A stretch of DNA of 64,000 nucleotides from Rhizodiscina lignyota. Lineage: Eukaryota. Location: positions 124,001-188,000 of the forward strand of contig ML978124.1 of the NCBI GenBank assembly GCA_010015805.1. Direction: 5' to 3'. Shown piece after piece: positions 1 to 13,100 of this stretch. The notes beneath the pieces are model-generated. The model was not told the origin of the DNA, ran no database searches, and was given only the letters and a program-made list of their open reading frames with translations. The translations under genes were made by a program, and so were the position numbers. Within the stretch, counting starts at the first letter, position 1. The number at the start of each line of letters is the position of its first letter.

Positions 1-2493
1 TCCGCAGCTCTCGAATTTCTGACTTGAAAAGGGGGTCCTTTGAGCTTACCTACTTATTCTGCTTCGAGATCGCTTTGCAAGGCTTTGCAATCTATCGACG
101 GACTGTTCAATTCTGGTACATCTGTCATCGGCTTCGGGTGCATATGTAATCGAGAGAACTGTATAGATGATGTCGCTAGATCTTCAGATCGGGCTGAGAG
201 ATTCTGATTGGAATATGGCATATATGACGAGCTGAATCACAATTACCCGCTGCAATGAAGGTGTGTTAGATTTGCGGTTGGTTATCTTTATTCGGCCGTC
301 AGGGTCCACTCACGTACATTAGAGCGTCCGCCATCAGACGGGAACTCATCCGACAGGCTGTGACGCTTTGCCACGGCCTGACTAAACTATCACGGTGATA
401 TTTTATCCCCAAGCGAAGTTAATGTTGTATCGCATTTCGGTATGTTTTCAACTGTTTCTTAGTACGAGAACACAAGAGTAAGATTTCGTTCTAAATCGAA
501 CGTCATAACGCAGACAGAACTCCTTAGTGCATGCAGGTTTCAGCATATCACAGAAGACCCGGGATCGAGGGCGTCAAAGCTGATCCCAACCATCTCTACA
601 AGGATTCGAATTCCAGTGAGATATTCAACGAACTATAAAGGTAGTTATCGTCGTTTGGCTCATGGATTCTCAAGCGAGATGCTATGAGAGCTATTTGCTC
701 GACTTGTCATCCACCCAGAAACGAAAGTCGACTTGATACCTACCCACAATATAAGAAATCAGTGTTTGGAGCACATGCAGCAAGCTCACCGTGATCTAGA
801 TGCCTCCAGGGTTGAGATCCTCCTTCAACTACCGTCCCTTGGCGCTGTTGTTGCCACTCATGTTCTTGAACATCGTGGCGTCAGACCAATTGACTGTAGC
901 TCACCGCTTCGAGCTCGTCGAGCAAATGGCCTGCTCCTGACGTGTATGAACAGCTCCCCATGCCGTATCTATGCACAGGATCACGTTAGCTTCTGTTGAC
1001 CGGTCGTTTCCTTCACGGTGATCGATCCCGATCGATCCAAATGGCTGCAGCAGAACAAAGAATCTGCGCAAGTGCGATGTCCCTTCTAGTACCGTGACAC
1101 CATTCTGTTATGGTGTGGGAGGTTGTTGAATCGAACTTTCTTCTGTCAAATTATTTGCCGCTGATGCTGGAGACTGGATTGGGAGGTGAGTGGCCCTGGC
1201 ACCTTCTTCACGGGACGTACGATGACATATTCCGGGAGAGCAGCGGATCCCAGAAATACTTAAAGCGCATATTAAGAGATGATTCAAATTGGTCGTGGTG
1301 GCTGTTTTCAACCTGCAGTATGAATCAGAACGGTACAGTTCGACTCTCATCGCCATGATCGACACACGTATTGATGAACCGGATTGCGAAGAAATAGCTC
1401 TGAAGAGTTCTTGACTTGAAGGCCGAAGGCCGGGACTTCTCAGGGACTTCAAGAATACTCGAAACATGAGCAGAACTGAAACATAAACAAAAGGACATCT
1501 TCGACTTAGAGTTGTTTCCGAAAGCAGACCATATGGTCTTCAATCAGGAATGCCATAATAAAGGGGACAGAAATCATCATTGGGCATGGTCATGGATTCC
1601 GTCACATCCCGCGTCGACAGTTGCGAAGGAGATGATCTTGTCCTTGCCTCTCAAAATGTTCATCGACAAAAGGCTTGTTGGCGGTTTTCACAATGAAGTT
1701 ATCGCCTAGAGCCTGTTGCCCGGTTCCGATGTTACCAGGGAATGAAGGTTTCGATATGGGGCGAAAGATGGATCGATGTCGGACTCCAGGTTCATTCAAC
1801 TGTCAACATGCATCAATCGTCCCTGGCATAGGCGAGCCATTAGTCGCGCTGCGATGCAGGATGGCGTTCTGTTCCACAATGAACAAGATTTCTGACGCGT
1901 TCGGCCGCAAACTCGTTAGTTCTCGACGACGATGCTGGAATGAGGGAGGTGAGAAAGGAACGAATTGCCCCGACCACGTTCGGGCGAATAAACGTTGGCG
2001 CTAAATCGCGGCTTTCGGCCGCTCGGCCGATTTCGGTTTGGCGCTCAGAACTCAATCTCTCCAGCGTCGTAAATCGAGCCGGGACATCATGGGCAATTGG
2101 AAATTGCATGTTCATGAAGTAAGATACGTTTCATATCGAACCTTAGTAACTTGTTTGCTCATTACCCCTTACATCGATCGATTTGTGCCTGTGTAACGCG
2201 TTCTTTCTTCTACCGCGTCTGACCCGTTCGGGATTCAGCCTCGTATTGCACACAGCCTGTATATGCGGCCTCCCACGTCGCCTTCCGCGCTGGGCCAACG
2301 GAGTTGTGCTACTGCTGCAGCTATGGGCCAATCTACAACTCCCCACGATCCGTCTTCTGGCAGGTGATGGGCGCATCAATTGAGCGCCACGTTTACCCTC
2401 TCTCGGAGGAGCCGCGGAACAGACGTTCGTGTACTAGAGGAACATTCTCCATTGCTTCAATTCTTCATCCTTAATTTTCTGCGTACATTCGAT

Positions 2494-4095
2494 ATGGGGG
2501 TTTCTATCTTAAACGTCCTCCTCTTAATTCCCGTTTTTGTCGCTCTCATTGCATACCGCCTGATCTTTCACCCGCTCGCCAAGTTTCCCGGCCCAAAGCT
2601 GGCGGCTGCAACACAATGGTATGAGTTTTATTGGGATGTGGTTCATCATGGAAAGCTAGTATTCAAACTTCGAGAACTGCACCAGAAATATGGGCCTATC
2701 GTACGCATAAGCCCTCGAGAGCTCCATATTCAGGACTCGGAGTTCTATGATGAGCTCTATGCGCCGAAGAACCGCAAACCTGACAAAGACACGGAATGGG
2801 TCAAATTCTCCATGCCTGGGTCGATATTCTCCACTGCTCCTCATGAGCTGCACCGCATCCGGAGAGCTCCTTTAAACCCGTTCTTCTCGAAACGATCCGT
2901 TGCCCAACTGGAGTCTCTTATTGCGGAGAAGATTGAGAAGCTCCGCAACCGGTTCGAGAGAGCTAGCGATACTGGAGAAGTCATACTCCTTGATGCCGCG
3001 TTCATGGCTTTAACAACCGATGTGATTTCAGATTATGCATTTGCACACGAGTGGAACTATCTCGACGAGCCGGACTTCAACCGTCAATGGCTCCAGACAA
3101 TTCGTGGAGTCTTCCAGAGTGGACAGCTTGGGAGACACTTTCCATGGATGCAAGATTTCATGCAGCAGTTGCCGCGTTCTTGGGTGAAGATTCTCGTGCC
3201 ACCACTCTATTATATACTGGAATGGAGAGAACAGGTCAAGCGAGAGATCGCAAAAGTATTTGAAAGCAAAGATGACGAAATGAAGCCATCGCGTCGGACC
3301 ATTTTTCATGAGCTCAAGACCAGCGATCTGCTGCCGCAAGAGTTGACATTGCAGCGGGTCGCTGATGAGGCGACGATCATTGTGGGCGCTGGAGCCGAGA
3401 CGACCGCGAGGACTCTGATGCTCCTGATGTTCAATTTGTTCACTCACGAAGATATTCTCCGGAAACTTCGGGATGAGCTCAGCAATGAAGAGACGCACAG
3501 GACGAAATCAGGAAGCGATGGTACCATTCTCACGCATCTGGAACAGCTGCCATATCTTGTGAGGCGTCTGTCTTCAACGTTTATATCTCATGCTGATTTT
3601 GTTCCAGTCTGCAGTAATCCAGGAGGGCCTCCGGCTCAGTTACGGCGTGACAACGCGGCTGCCACGCGTTGTAAATGAACCACTCCAATATCGAGAGTGG
3701 ACCATTCCACCACACACACCAGTCTCCATGGAGCCAGTTTCTGTGCTTATTGACCCGAAGATATTTCCACAGCCACATGCTTTCAAACCAGAGAGGTGGC
3801 TCGGCGAACAGCGACTTGACAGGTATCAAGTTGCTTTTAGCAAAGGAAGTCGACAATGTATTGGGATCAAGTAAGTTCTATATCATCCAGGTTGTCGAAC
3901 AGATGCTCACTGCTGATTTCCAAAAGCCTAGCGTATGCCGAATTGTACCTCACAGTTAACGCGCTCGTTTCACAGTTCGATCTGAAACTGTACGATACGT
4001 CTTACGAAGACATTCGGATGGAGCACGATTTCTTCACCGCCGCTCCAAAACTTAACAGTAAGGGAGTCCGAGTTACTGTGAGAATGGTTGCATGA
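2494..4095 (+). CDS. Cytochrome P450 monooxygenase (trichodiene oxygenase/CYP58-like), 3 exons
   Basis: N-terminal TM anchor followed by HPLAKFPGP, I-helix AGAETT, K-helix EGLR, PERW, and heme motif FSKGSRQCIG. Introns 3559-3607 and 3871-3926 (GT..AG) join the three ORF-track pieces in frame. Confidence 0.95.
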
Positions 4096-4264
4096 GGCAC
4101 CTTGAAACACTCTGGTCGTGGCATGTGTCTGGATGCGTCCTCATGTTCCTCAAGTAAGCACAGCACGAGTGTGACAAAATAGCTGCGCCCGACGCAAACT
4201 TGAAGGGCATGATTTATAATTTGTTAATATGTTTCCAATTGGCGAATCGCTTTCAACTTAGGCG

Positions 4265-4590
4265 TGACGAGGTGAGGACCGCGAAATGTTCGCGCAGGAC
4301 CAGCATCCGGCGCTACTTCCTCTAACGAAGCGGAGTCAGACGACCTCGGAGTCTGAGGACATGATACGGGCTAAGGGTAAAGGTAGGGGAAAGTAGAAGA
4401 GGAAGGATAAGAAGAAAGATAAGAAGAATAGTAAGGGGAAGAGTAATGCGAAGTCGACTAAAGAATATAGATAGAACTATACTACTACCTAATCTAATAT
4501 ATCCTCCTCTTTAGAATCTAACCTCGGGTGATAAAAAGGCCGAACATCGGGAGTTCGACTAACCTTGGCCTTTTGCGCTGAGCTGTCACG
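4265..4590. mobile_element. Short degenerate repeat/TE relic with a RIP-like TA-rich core
   Basis: 4370-4530 is rich in TA and poor in CA/TG relative to the flanks. Short inverted ends CGTGAC (4263)/GTCACG (4585). No target-site duplication found. Confidence 0.3.
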
Positions 4591-4846
4591 GGATGTCAGA
4601 CAAAATGATCGGAAGCACCGTGTGTGAAGAACTTTTCGAGTCATGTATTAAAAAATAATAATTTAAGTCTAAAGGGTTCCCCTTTCGGGGTGTAAGAATG
4701 TTCAAAAGCCCCCTATTTGTTACATGAAACCAAAACGCCATGCGAAATGCAAATCACAAAAGACAAAGGAGCGGCGCCGTCAGGCCTAAGAGGTATCTAA
4801 CAAGAAAGGTTCATGAGCCATCCACATCAATCCCGATTCTCATCTT

Positions 4847-6826
4847 TTACCATCCTTGGCCGTAGCCGTAGCTTCCGCCATAGCCGGGATATTGACCGGT
4901 TGGCTGAGCGCTGTACGAGCTGCTTGAGGAGGAGTATCCAGCACCGTAGGACGGGTAGCTTGGGGCCGAGTAGCTAACAGAGTAGCTGGTAGGGTTCGGC
5001 TTTGGCCACGTGTAGCCAGTACCGCTAGGAGTATAGATTGAGACAGTACCAGTTCCACTACCAATTGGTGGAGGAGGAACGCTGTGAGGCGGCGGGACAA
5101 CACCACCAGCCGGAGTAGAAGAGGCGGAGACAGTTTCGGTTTGAGTGAGAACTGACGTGACCGTCATAGTGGCATACTGAGTCTCGGTCGCGAAAGCTGT
5201 GTAATAGACAGTCTCTGCGGGAGCTGTAACAGTTTCTGCCGGCGGGCAGTAGCTTTGGACCGGGCACACCGGGCAGCTGTTTCCAGGAGCGCCAGCAGGG
5301 CTGGAGTAAACAGGTGCGGCAGGGCTGGACTGGACAGGAGAAGATCCACTGCTTTCACCAGGTGCTGCTGGCGATGAGTAAACTGGCGACGCTGGGCTTG
5401 ATTCTGCGGGTGCCGAATAAACTGGAGATGCCGGAGACGAGTAAACTGGAGATGCCGGAGAAGAGTAGACTGGGGCAGCTGGAGAAGAGTAAACTGGGGC
5501 AGCTGGAGACGAGTAAACTGGGGCGGCTGGAGACGAGTAAACTGGGGCGGCTGGAGACGAGTAGACTGGGGCGGCCGGGGACGAGTATGTTGGCTTATAG
5601 ATGACGCTCGTGTAGGTTGTCGGGACAGCCGTTGTGTAGCTCGACAGCGTGCTTGAGTACGGGCCTGTCGGGCATGGAACGTAAGTGTATACTGTCGAAA
5701 TGACTGTCGAAGTGTATGTAACCGAAGTATAGATTGATGGAGGAGCAGTTCCAGTTCCAGTTGCGCCGATCGAAGTTGAGATGGTGCTGTTCGGGAAGGA
5801 GTACGGCTTGGAAGTATACGAAGCATGGCCGCCGCACTTCGTGCATGACTCCGTGACAGTGAGCGTCTTTGTCTGAGTCGACGTGATGATCTCTGTGCCT
5901 GAAGAGTACGTAATTGGGACGCAGGTGGTCGTTGTGTACGTTGTGTACGTCTTCGAGGTTCCGGTTGAAATCGGTGCGACAGGTGTGCTCACTGTAGAGC
6001 TAGACACGCCAGTTGAGAGCGGAGCAGAAGAGTGATACCCACCACTGCTGTAGACCGGGAGCGAGCTGGAAGGTACCGAGTAAGGCGGGAGACCACCCGA
6101 GCTGTAGATTGGGGGCTTGCTGTAGCTGGAGTAGGGAGGAGAGCCACCGGTCGAGTAGATTGGTGGGGTGCTTTGGCTGGAGTAAGGAGGAGAGCCACCA
6201 GTCGAGTAGATTGGTGGGGTGCTTTGGCTGGAGTAAGGTGGAGAGCCACCAGTCGAGTAGATTGGCGCCGAAGAGTAGCTTGAAGGTGCGGAGTAAGGCG
6301 GCACTGAGTATCCCCCGCTGGAGTAGACCGGGATGCTTGAGCTCGACGAAGCATACACTGGGGCGCTAGAGCTAGAGACCGGAGCGCTGTAGCTATATGC
6401 CGGGATGGAAGGAGAAGTGTACGCGGACGGGGAGCTTGAAGTGCTGGAGCTCGAAGATCCGTACACTGGAGCAGCTGGAGTGCTGCTTGAACCCCAACCG
6501 TAGGCAGGAACGCTGGAACTCGAAGATCCATACACTGGAGCTACCGGAGTGCTGCTTGAACCCCAACCGTAGGCAGGAATGCTGGAACTCGAAGCTCCGT
6601 ATACTGGGGCTGCCGGAGTGCTGCTCGAGTAGGTAGGAGGTGCAGATTGGCTGTAAGGCGGTGGGCTGTTTCCGTAGCTTCCCTGGCCGTTCTGACCACC
6701 ATAGCCATATCCACCGTTCTGGCCCTCTGAAGAGCCATAGCCCTCAGAACTTGGAGCAGAATAACCCCCGTACCCCTGCGCCGAGACACCGGCAATAGCG
6801 GCAATGAGAGCCACTGCTGTCTTCAT
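4847..6826 (-). CDS. Secreted Ser/Tyr/Pro/Thr-rich repetitive (cell-wall/matrix) protein, 659 aa, intronless
   Basis: Signal peptide MKTAVALIAAIAGVSA|Q. Tandem peptide repeats, Thr-rich segments with CTKC/VPCP/CPVCP motifs. No hydrophobic GPI tail (ends YGYGQGW). Confidence 0.9.
   Translation of the reverse strand: MKTAVALIAAIAGVSAQGYGGYSAPSSEGYGSSEGQNGGYGYGGQNGQGSYGNSPPPYSQSAPPTYSSSTPAAPVYGASSSSIPAYGWGSSSTPVAPVYGSSSSSVPAYGWGSSSTPAAPVYGSSSSSTSSSPSAYTSPSIPAYSYSAPVSSSSAPVYASSSSSIPVYSSGGYSVPPYSAPSSYSSAPIYSTGGSPPYSSQSTPPIYSTGGSPPYSSQSTPPIYSTGGSPPYSSYSKPPIYSSGGLPPYSVPSSSLPVYSSGGYHSSAPLSTGVSSSTVSTPVAPISTGTSKTYTTYTTTTCVPITYSSGTEIITSTQTKTLTVTESCTKCGGHASYTSKPYSFPNSTISTSIGATGTGTAPPSIYTSVTYTSTVISTVYTYVPCPTGPYSSTLSSYTTAVPTTYTSVIYKPTYSSPAAPVYSSPAAPVYSSPAAPVYSSPAAPVYSSPAAPVYSSPASPVYSSPASPVYSAPAESSPASPVYSSPAAPGESSGSSPVQSSPAAPVYSSPAGAPGNSCPVCPVQSYCPPAETVTAPAETVYYTAFATETQYATMTVTSVLTQTETVSASSTPAGGVVPPPHSVPPPPIGSGTGTVSIYTPSGTGYTWPKPNPTSYSVSYSAPSYPSYGAGYSSSSSSYSAQPTGQYPGYGGSYGYGQGW
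5370..5590 (-). repeat. 24-bp coding tandem repeat (SSPAAPVY, ~7-8 copies)
   Basis: Repeated GAGTAAACTGGGGCRGCTGGAGA units on the + strand. Confidence 0.9.
6100..6265 (-). repeat. 51-bp coding tandem repeat (PPIYSTGGSPPYSSQST, ~3 copies)
   Basis: TCGAGTAGATTGG recurs at 6151, 6202 and 6253. Confidence 0.9.
6445..6630 (-). repeat. 69-bp coding tandem repeat (PVYGxSSSSxPAYGWGSSSTPxA, ~2.5 copies)
   Basis: TGCTGCTTGAACCCCAACCGTAGGCAGGAA at 6481 and 6550. Confidence 0.9.
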
Positions 6827-7081
6827 GGTTGATTATGTAAAGCGATGTGTGATAGTTGGAAGTAGGTGTTGAGAAAAAGACCGTGGTGAAGAATTAGAAG
6901 TGCGAGTTGTAAACTGATAAACGAAAGACCTCTCTGCTAATGTGTCACCTCAAAGCGATGGACTAGGGCGAGAACTAGAAAAGATAAGGAAAAGTAAGAG
7001 TGAGAAACGAGAGTGGAGCACGTTGTTATGTAGTAGTATATCGTTGAGATGATCGACGGAATGCCGGGAGGGAGGGTATGC

Positions 7082-7087
7082 TTTATA
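7082..7087 (-). promoter_or_regulatory. Candidate TATA box of the repetitive secreted-protein gene
   Basis: TATAAA on the minus strand ~255 bp upstream of ATG 6826, followed by a pyrimidine-rich leader on that strand. Confidence 0.5.
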
Positions 7088-10000
7088 AGAAGTGCCCACG
7101 CATGGCCAATACCACAGCGATGTACTTCTGCATGGTTCTAGCTTGTCGTATTACCATCAGTAAACTCGAACCCAATAATGTCACGGTAGAGTGGCACCCT
7201 TGAGCGGTCGCCCGGAGCGTCAGGCGGTATGGGGGAAGGGCAGTGATGCAACAGCCGCAGAACGTAATAGTGAGCGCTGGCGAATGCGCGTGGGCATAGA
7301 CAAACCTTGCCGTTTCTGCCAGGAACCGTGCATTCGTACAGCTGTAAGGACCAGCCTTCTTGGGACGACACAGCCCTGCCGAGGGCGACCAATGCACGGC
7401 GAGAGACGGGGACCTGGTCAACACGAGGGCACCCGAAGGGGTTGCGGGCTAATGCAGCTGATTGTTCAACGGCCAAGGGCGAAAGACGCGCGGGAGATTG
7501 TGGCAGTGGAGGTTCAGCGAGAGAATCACAAGAGGGCCAGCTGAGTCACGGCGGTGAGTGCGGTGTGGTTGGAGGGCTGGCCGGCGCGCTAGCCACGCTA
7601 CAGACTTTTCTCGCTAGCCGCGTTCTATCTTTGGACTGAGCCACATCACGACATCAGAGACACCTTCGCCACACTGCAGGTCACCAGCAGCACTGGAAAC
7701 CTTCTTCTCCGTTCTGCAAAAAGCTGTTCCGCTGTGCTGCCTTCATTCGGTGACCTGCGGATCGAGCTTCGGCCTTAGTCGGCCACGCAGCGCGAAAGTG
7801 AAAATCTCACACGATGCTAGCGGTCCAGCAACGGTGAAGCCCCCAGCCCTCATCTCACACGCGCGACCACGCAACGACAGCTGCAAGCTACCCACGGGAT
7901 TTTCACATGCACATGGCCGCCGGCCGAGTGCAGCTGTTCATCTGGCGAAATTTGTTTCTCATCTTCTCTCCAGATTGCTTCGGCGATCATGAATTGTGCG
8001 CACTCGCTCCCAACCTCCTTCCTCTCGAGGCTCCATCCCCATTGTCACGGCGATTGGCCACTGTGCAAATTTAGAACACGAACGGCACCCTCTACGAGCT
8101 CATACGAGCCCATTACTGAACATGCTATCGCCGATGTTTTGCCATTCCTAGGCTTGACTAACCAAAAAACCGGATCAGAGTACCAGAAGTGAGAGGTTTC
8201 CTTCGCGATCGCGTGGGTTTCCGCCAACGATTCCGCTGCGTTGCGCAGCGCTCCACCCAGAAAACCTTGCAGTCGCCCCAGCAAAAATCTTCGATCAGCG
8301 TCAATACATCGTGTTTCCTAAAGCGGATACTACCATTGCAGACTTCGTCATGTTACATCCTTTCACTGAATCAGTCTCTAGTCTCTCAATCCTTCTCGTC
8401 CTCATTCCTCCACGTCCATTCACCAAGCGCAGCGCAGGTTGGTGGGATCGTTATTTCGACTCGGGCTTTTACCCGTCAGAAGTAAGTTTCTTTCTCACTC
8501 TCGTGAACAAATGCCAGGGTTGGCATTTCTCCCGCCCCTCGTCTCATCTCACTCCCGCGGAACTCCCTCCATTCAACGCTCAACATTTAAACATTCTGTG
8601 GAGTACCCTGCTTTCGGCAGGGAGGCTGGTACCTAATAGGCCGCGAACAGCGAGAAATAAATGCCACCTTCGCGATTCTTCACTGACAACCTTCGCTTAT
8701 TGCTTCCATAGCGCTTACCCCGCCGTGAGCATCCTTCTCCAACTCGAGTCCACGGTGGAGAGAATCCTCGCACAGAGCCAGATCTGGCCAACCGCGGGAA
8801 GAGTGTCTCCTGGAACAATCAAACCGTCAGCCAGTACGAGCGCTCTTTCTATCTCAAACAGATGTTAATGTCCAGCGAGCATCATCATCCTCTTTTTCTC
8901 ACCCTCTCGCCTTACCTTTTGCCTGTTCCTGAACTCGCCCCAGGAAACTTTAATAAAACTTGGCAGGGGAATTCCGGCCTCACACCTACAACTCCAGCTG
9001 CACGCAATATCGATCCTAAAAACACATCCCGTGACTCAGGGCTCTGCCACCCCGAGCACTGCCTCCCGATGAAGTTACGCGCGCTGAGGCGAGACCTGCC
9101 GACTGGTTCCTGCCCGTCCTCGGCGGGACCCACTCCCCGTATAGCGTGAGATTGTTAAATCGGTTGTCATGCCAGCATTCGACATTCTCGGTATGGTCCG
9201 GAAGCGGCGTCTCCTAGTCGTTCTTGCATAACGACCTGACCAGTCACTTCAACCACGACTTAAGACGCGCGAGTCGCGCACCCAACAACCACCCCACACT
9301 TCTTTTGCTAGGGAAGGTGTTGCGCTCAGCACTACGACCTTTGATATGTATATCGTGCGAATCTTGAGTCGTGATATACGAAGGCTTCGCTCCCGCACAG
9401 TTGGAGTTGTGAACTGCTTACCGCAATCTGAAAGAGGTGGCATCTCTTCCCTCATATATGAGCTCGGCAGCCAGCTCTACACCCATAGAAAACGGTAGGT
9501 AATTTCCTTAGTTCAGGCTTACTTTTCGTGTGCCTTCCAATATCTACTGTCCGTCTCGAAGCCATTTCCATTCGAGACTCAAAATAGTAATCTTGCTGTT
9601 ACGCGTCGCACTTTCGAAAAATACGTCATGTGCTCGTTAACGATCACGATCACGGCACTGATACCGATCCATATCTCGTGACCAACCTTATCATTGGTAG
9701 ACCACCGACTTGAATATTGACATATGTTGCGCTATTGAATTTTCCGTATTTGGCTCGTACTGCTTGTAGAGACCAAGGACTCAACCAAGGAATGAAGTCT
9801 GCCAAGATCCCGAATTGTTTGAGCAGAGTTGGCACAAAGTCGTACTCGCCCAAAAAAATCGATCTGCCAAACCCCGGAGCTTCCGCAGTATTTGCGCGAC
9901 ATACCGATGACGTTCTGTTCTGACAAGAAGATGTGTTTTATAAAGTTGATTTTTGTATTTGTTAATATCTACTCGCGAAAGCGCGGTGATGAAGGCAATG

Positions 10001-10184
10001 TAGCCACACTCTGTAAGGTATTTTCAAGTCTCCCACAATCCCCAAGTAGTGAAGGAAAAGCCAGCAAGCGATGCCCAGACAAATATCTAACAGGCAAGAA
10101 AAGGACAAGGACCTTGTACACTGCTCTAAAACATGCACAATAAAAGGGCAAAAATGCTAGTCACAATATCTACAGTTCAGTTCT

Positions 10185-13100
10185 TCAAACATCTCCGATC
10201 GTCCTCAGCGGGACATACGTCCCCCTCTCCCTCTCGCCACCTCTCCTCCCCACCGACAGAAGACTCATCAGCCTCTCCCACCTTCCAGCACCCCTCCCCT
10301 CCTTCCTCGCCAACCGCGCGCCCTCCACAAGCGCATCCATAACCTTCTCATCACCAAGCACATCCTCCTCCCTCAACCACCTCGGGCGCTTCCACCACTT
10401 CAGCGCAAGACTGCTAGCCACAACACTCACACTGCTGCACGCCATCGCGGCGCCAGCAGCCATCGGATGCAGGCTATATCCCCAGGGCAGGAAAAAGCCC
10501 ATTGCGAAAGGTAAGCCGATGACGTTGTACCCACACGCCCACACGAGATTCGCCTTGATGCGGCGGAAGATGGCGCGCGAGAGGTTCAGACTCGCTGGGA
10601 CAGAGAGCAGGTCGGTTGGGTTCATGAGCACGATGCTCGCTGCTTCCATCGCGACATCTGTACCCGAGGATAGGGCAATGCCCACGGCGGCAGTCGCCAA
10701 GGCGGGCGAGTCGTTAATGCCGTCTCCGCACATGGCGACCATCTCGCCGCGACCTCCCTCGGCGATCGGGCGCTGCAGCTCCTCGACGATGCGCTGCTTG
10801 TCAGCGGGGGTGGAGCTCGCGTAGACATCTTCTGGCGCGATGCCGACGGCAGCAGCGACGACGAGCGCGGGGGCACGCGCATCACCTGTGACGATAGACG
10901 CCGTGATACCCATGCGCTTGAGCGCAAGGATGGTCGCGGCAGCAGAGGGCTTGAGGGTATCTGAGAGATGCAGGGCACCGGTGTAGGTGGGGTAGATGGC
11001 CGTGTGGATAGTTGTTGTGCCGGCGCTTTGAGCAGGCTGTTTGCCGGGTTTAGACTTGGAGAATGTCAGTGCGGTAGGTGTGGAGAGGTCGATGTTAGAA
11101 GATTCTTCGTCGGTGGTGGGAACGTCGATGCCTTGGCTGCGGAGGAAGGAGGCGTTACCGATGAAGACGCGGTGACGGGTGTTGGATGGATCTGCGGCTG
11201 CTTGTACGGTTGCAGAGATACCCTTGCCGACGACGGCCTCGAAGTCTCCAATGCTACCATCAAGAACACCATCAGGGCCAAGACCCAGGTGCTCCTTGGC
11301 TGAGAGGACGATGGCTTTGGCAATAGGATGCTCGGAACCCATCTCGGCAAGACCGATGATTGTCCACCAGAGCTTCTTCTGGGCGTCGGAGGTTGCAAAG
11401 GTGCCTTTGATATTAGACTCTGAGACGGCCATCTTGCCAACTGTAAGAGTGCCAGTCTTGTCAAGGACGACGTGTGAGATCTTGGTCGCAGTCTCAAGGG
11501 TAGCGCCACCCTTGATGAGAATGCCTTGTTCAGCTCCAACACCAGTACCAACCATCACTGCAGTTGGCGTGGCCAGGCCAAGCGCACATGGGCATGCAAA
11601 GACAATGACAGCAATGCAGAGCTTGACGCAAACCATCGTCTTGCCACCACTCGTGACTTCCAAGAAAATCGGAGGAGGACTGACCAGAGCATGGCTGAGA
11701 ATCATCCACGAGACGAACGTCGCAAGACCAAGCGTGAGGATGATCTGTACGAAATACCCAGCAATCTTGTCAGCCATTCTCTGGATTGGCGCTCGAGACG
11801 TTTGCGCCTCTTGCACCAATCTCACGATTTGGCTGAGCTGGGTATCTCTTCCTGCGCGAGTGACGACGAAATCCATGCGTCCAGCACCATTGACAGTGCC
11901 AGCCATGAGTGCAGTGCCGACTTTCTTGTGAATGGGAACCGGTTCACCAGTGACCATGGACTCGTCAACATAAGACTCGCCACGAGTGACTGTGCCGTCT
12001 GCTGGAATCTTGTCGCCAGGCTTGAGGATGACGACATCGCCAACTTCAATAAGCTCGGTTGCGATGACTTTCTCTTCCGAAGCATTAGCTGAGAGACTGG
12101 ACCGAGCATCCTTCTCGGTCTTTTCATCCCACTCTTCCGCAGCCTTTGCTGCCGCAATTGGATCTGCGTAGATAGTTGCCATCGAGGGAGCCAAGTTCAT
12201 CAAGCGGGAAAGAGCCTTCGAGGTTTTGCCCTTAGCACTATTCTCCATGTATCTGCCCAAAGTGATGAAAGTGATGAGCGTCGAGCTGGTTTCGAAGACG
12301 GTGCTCGGTCTTGTGTGTGGTGGCGCAATGATAGAAACGATCATAGCAGCACAGCTGAAGAAAAACGCCGCACTGGTGCCCATAACTACCAGAACGTCCA
12401 TGGTAGGAGATCCATGCTTGATCGATTTGTACGCAGAGACGTAGAAGCGCCGTCCGATGCCAAATTGTACAGGAATGGTGAGAATCATACAAACGATATC
12501 CCCGAGGTATAATCCGGGTACGAGCAGGCAAATAGAGCCGTAGTCTAAGAATGGCAGGAACGCTGGGAAGACCATAGCGGTCAAGAAAACGGGTATCGTG
12601 AACATAAGAGATTTCCAGAACGCGGATTTCCACTCCATGATTTCTTTCGTCTTGGCGAGAGACTCGAGTTGTGCATCTTTATCGTCCGAGTCGGCGAGGA
12701 GGGCATTGAATCCAGCGCCTTCGACCGCTTCGACGATGGCGCGCAAGCCGGCCTTGGATGATGTGTATGTTACAGTGGCTTGGTCTGCTGAGAAGTTTAC
12801 AGTGGCGGTCGTCACGCCTGGTATTGACCTAAGAGTCGATTCAAGGCTGATAGAGTCAGTTGCGTCTTTCAGGCCAAAGAGGTTGAGCTTGGCCGTTGCA
12901 TTTCGAGATGAGGTCTGTGCGGTACCATCGACCGAAGAGACGATCCTGGCATCAAAGCCACGATCTTCAATGGCTTCGACGATTTGTGCTGCCGTGAGTT
13001 TGGTTGGATCGTGAATGATGACAGCCCGTTCTGCAAGCAGACTGATATTGAACTGCATAACACCATCCACATCCTTGAATCCACCTTCGACTGCAGATGT

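Noticed and set aside
1..2200. Short ORFs on both strands; the + frame of 1110/1512 reads somewhat protein-like across several stops
   Set aside because: No recognisable motif, and stop density is not far enough from random to call a gene or pseudogene.
4534..4574. AAAAGGCCGA..TTGGCCTTTT inverted repeat enclosing a B-box-like GAGTTCGACT
   Set aside because: No cloverleaf or A-box could be built; not called as tRNA or SINE.
7100..10150. Many 60-185 aa ORFs between the repeat-protein gene and the Cu-ATPase
   Set aside because: No motifs or convincing exon chains; treated as promoter/intergenic DNA.
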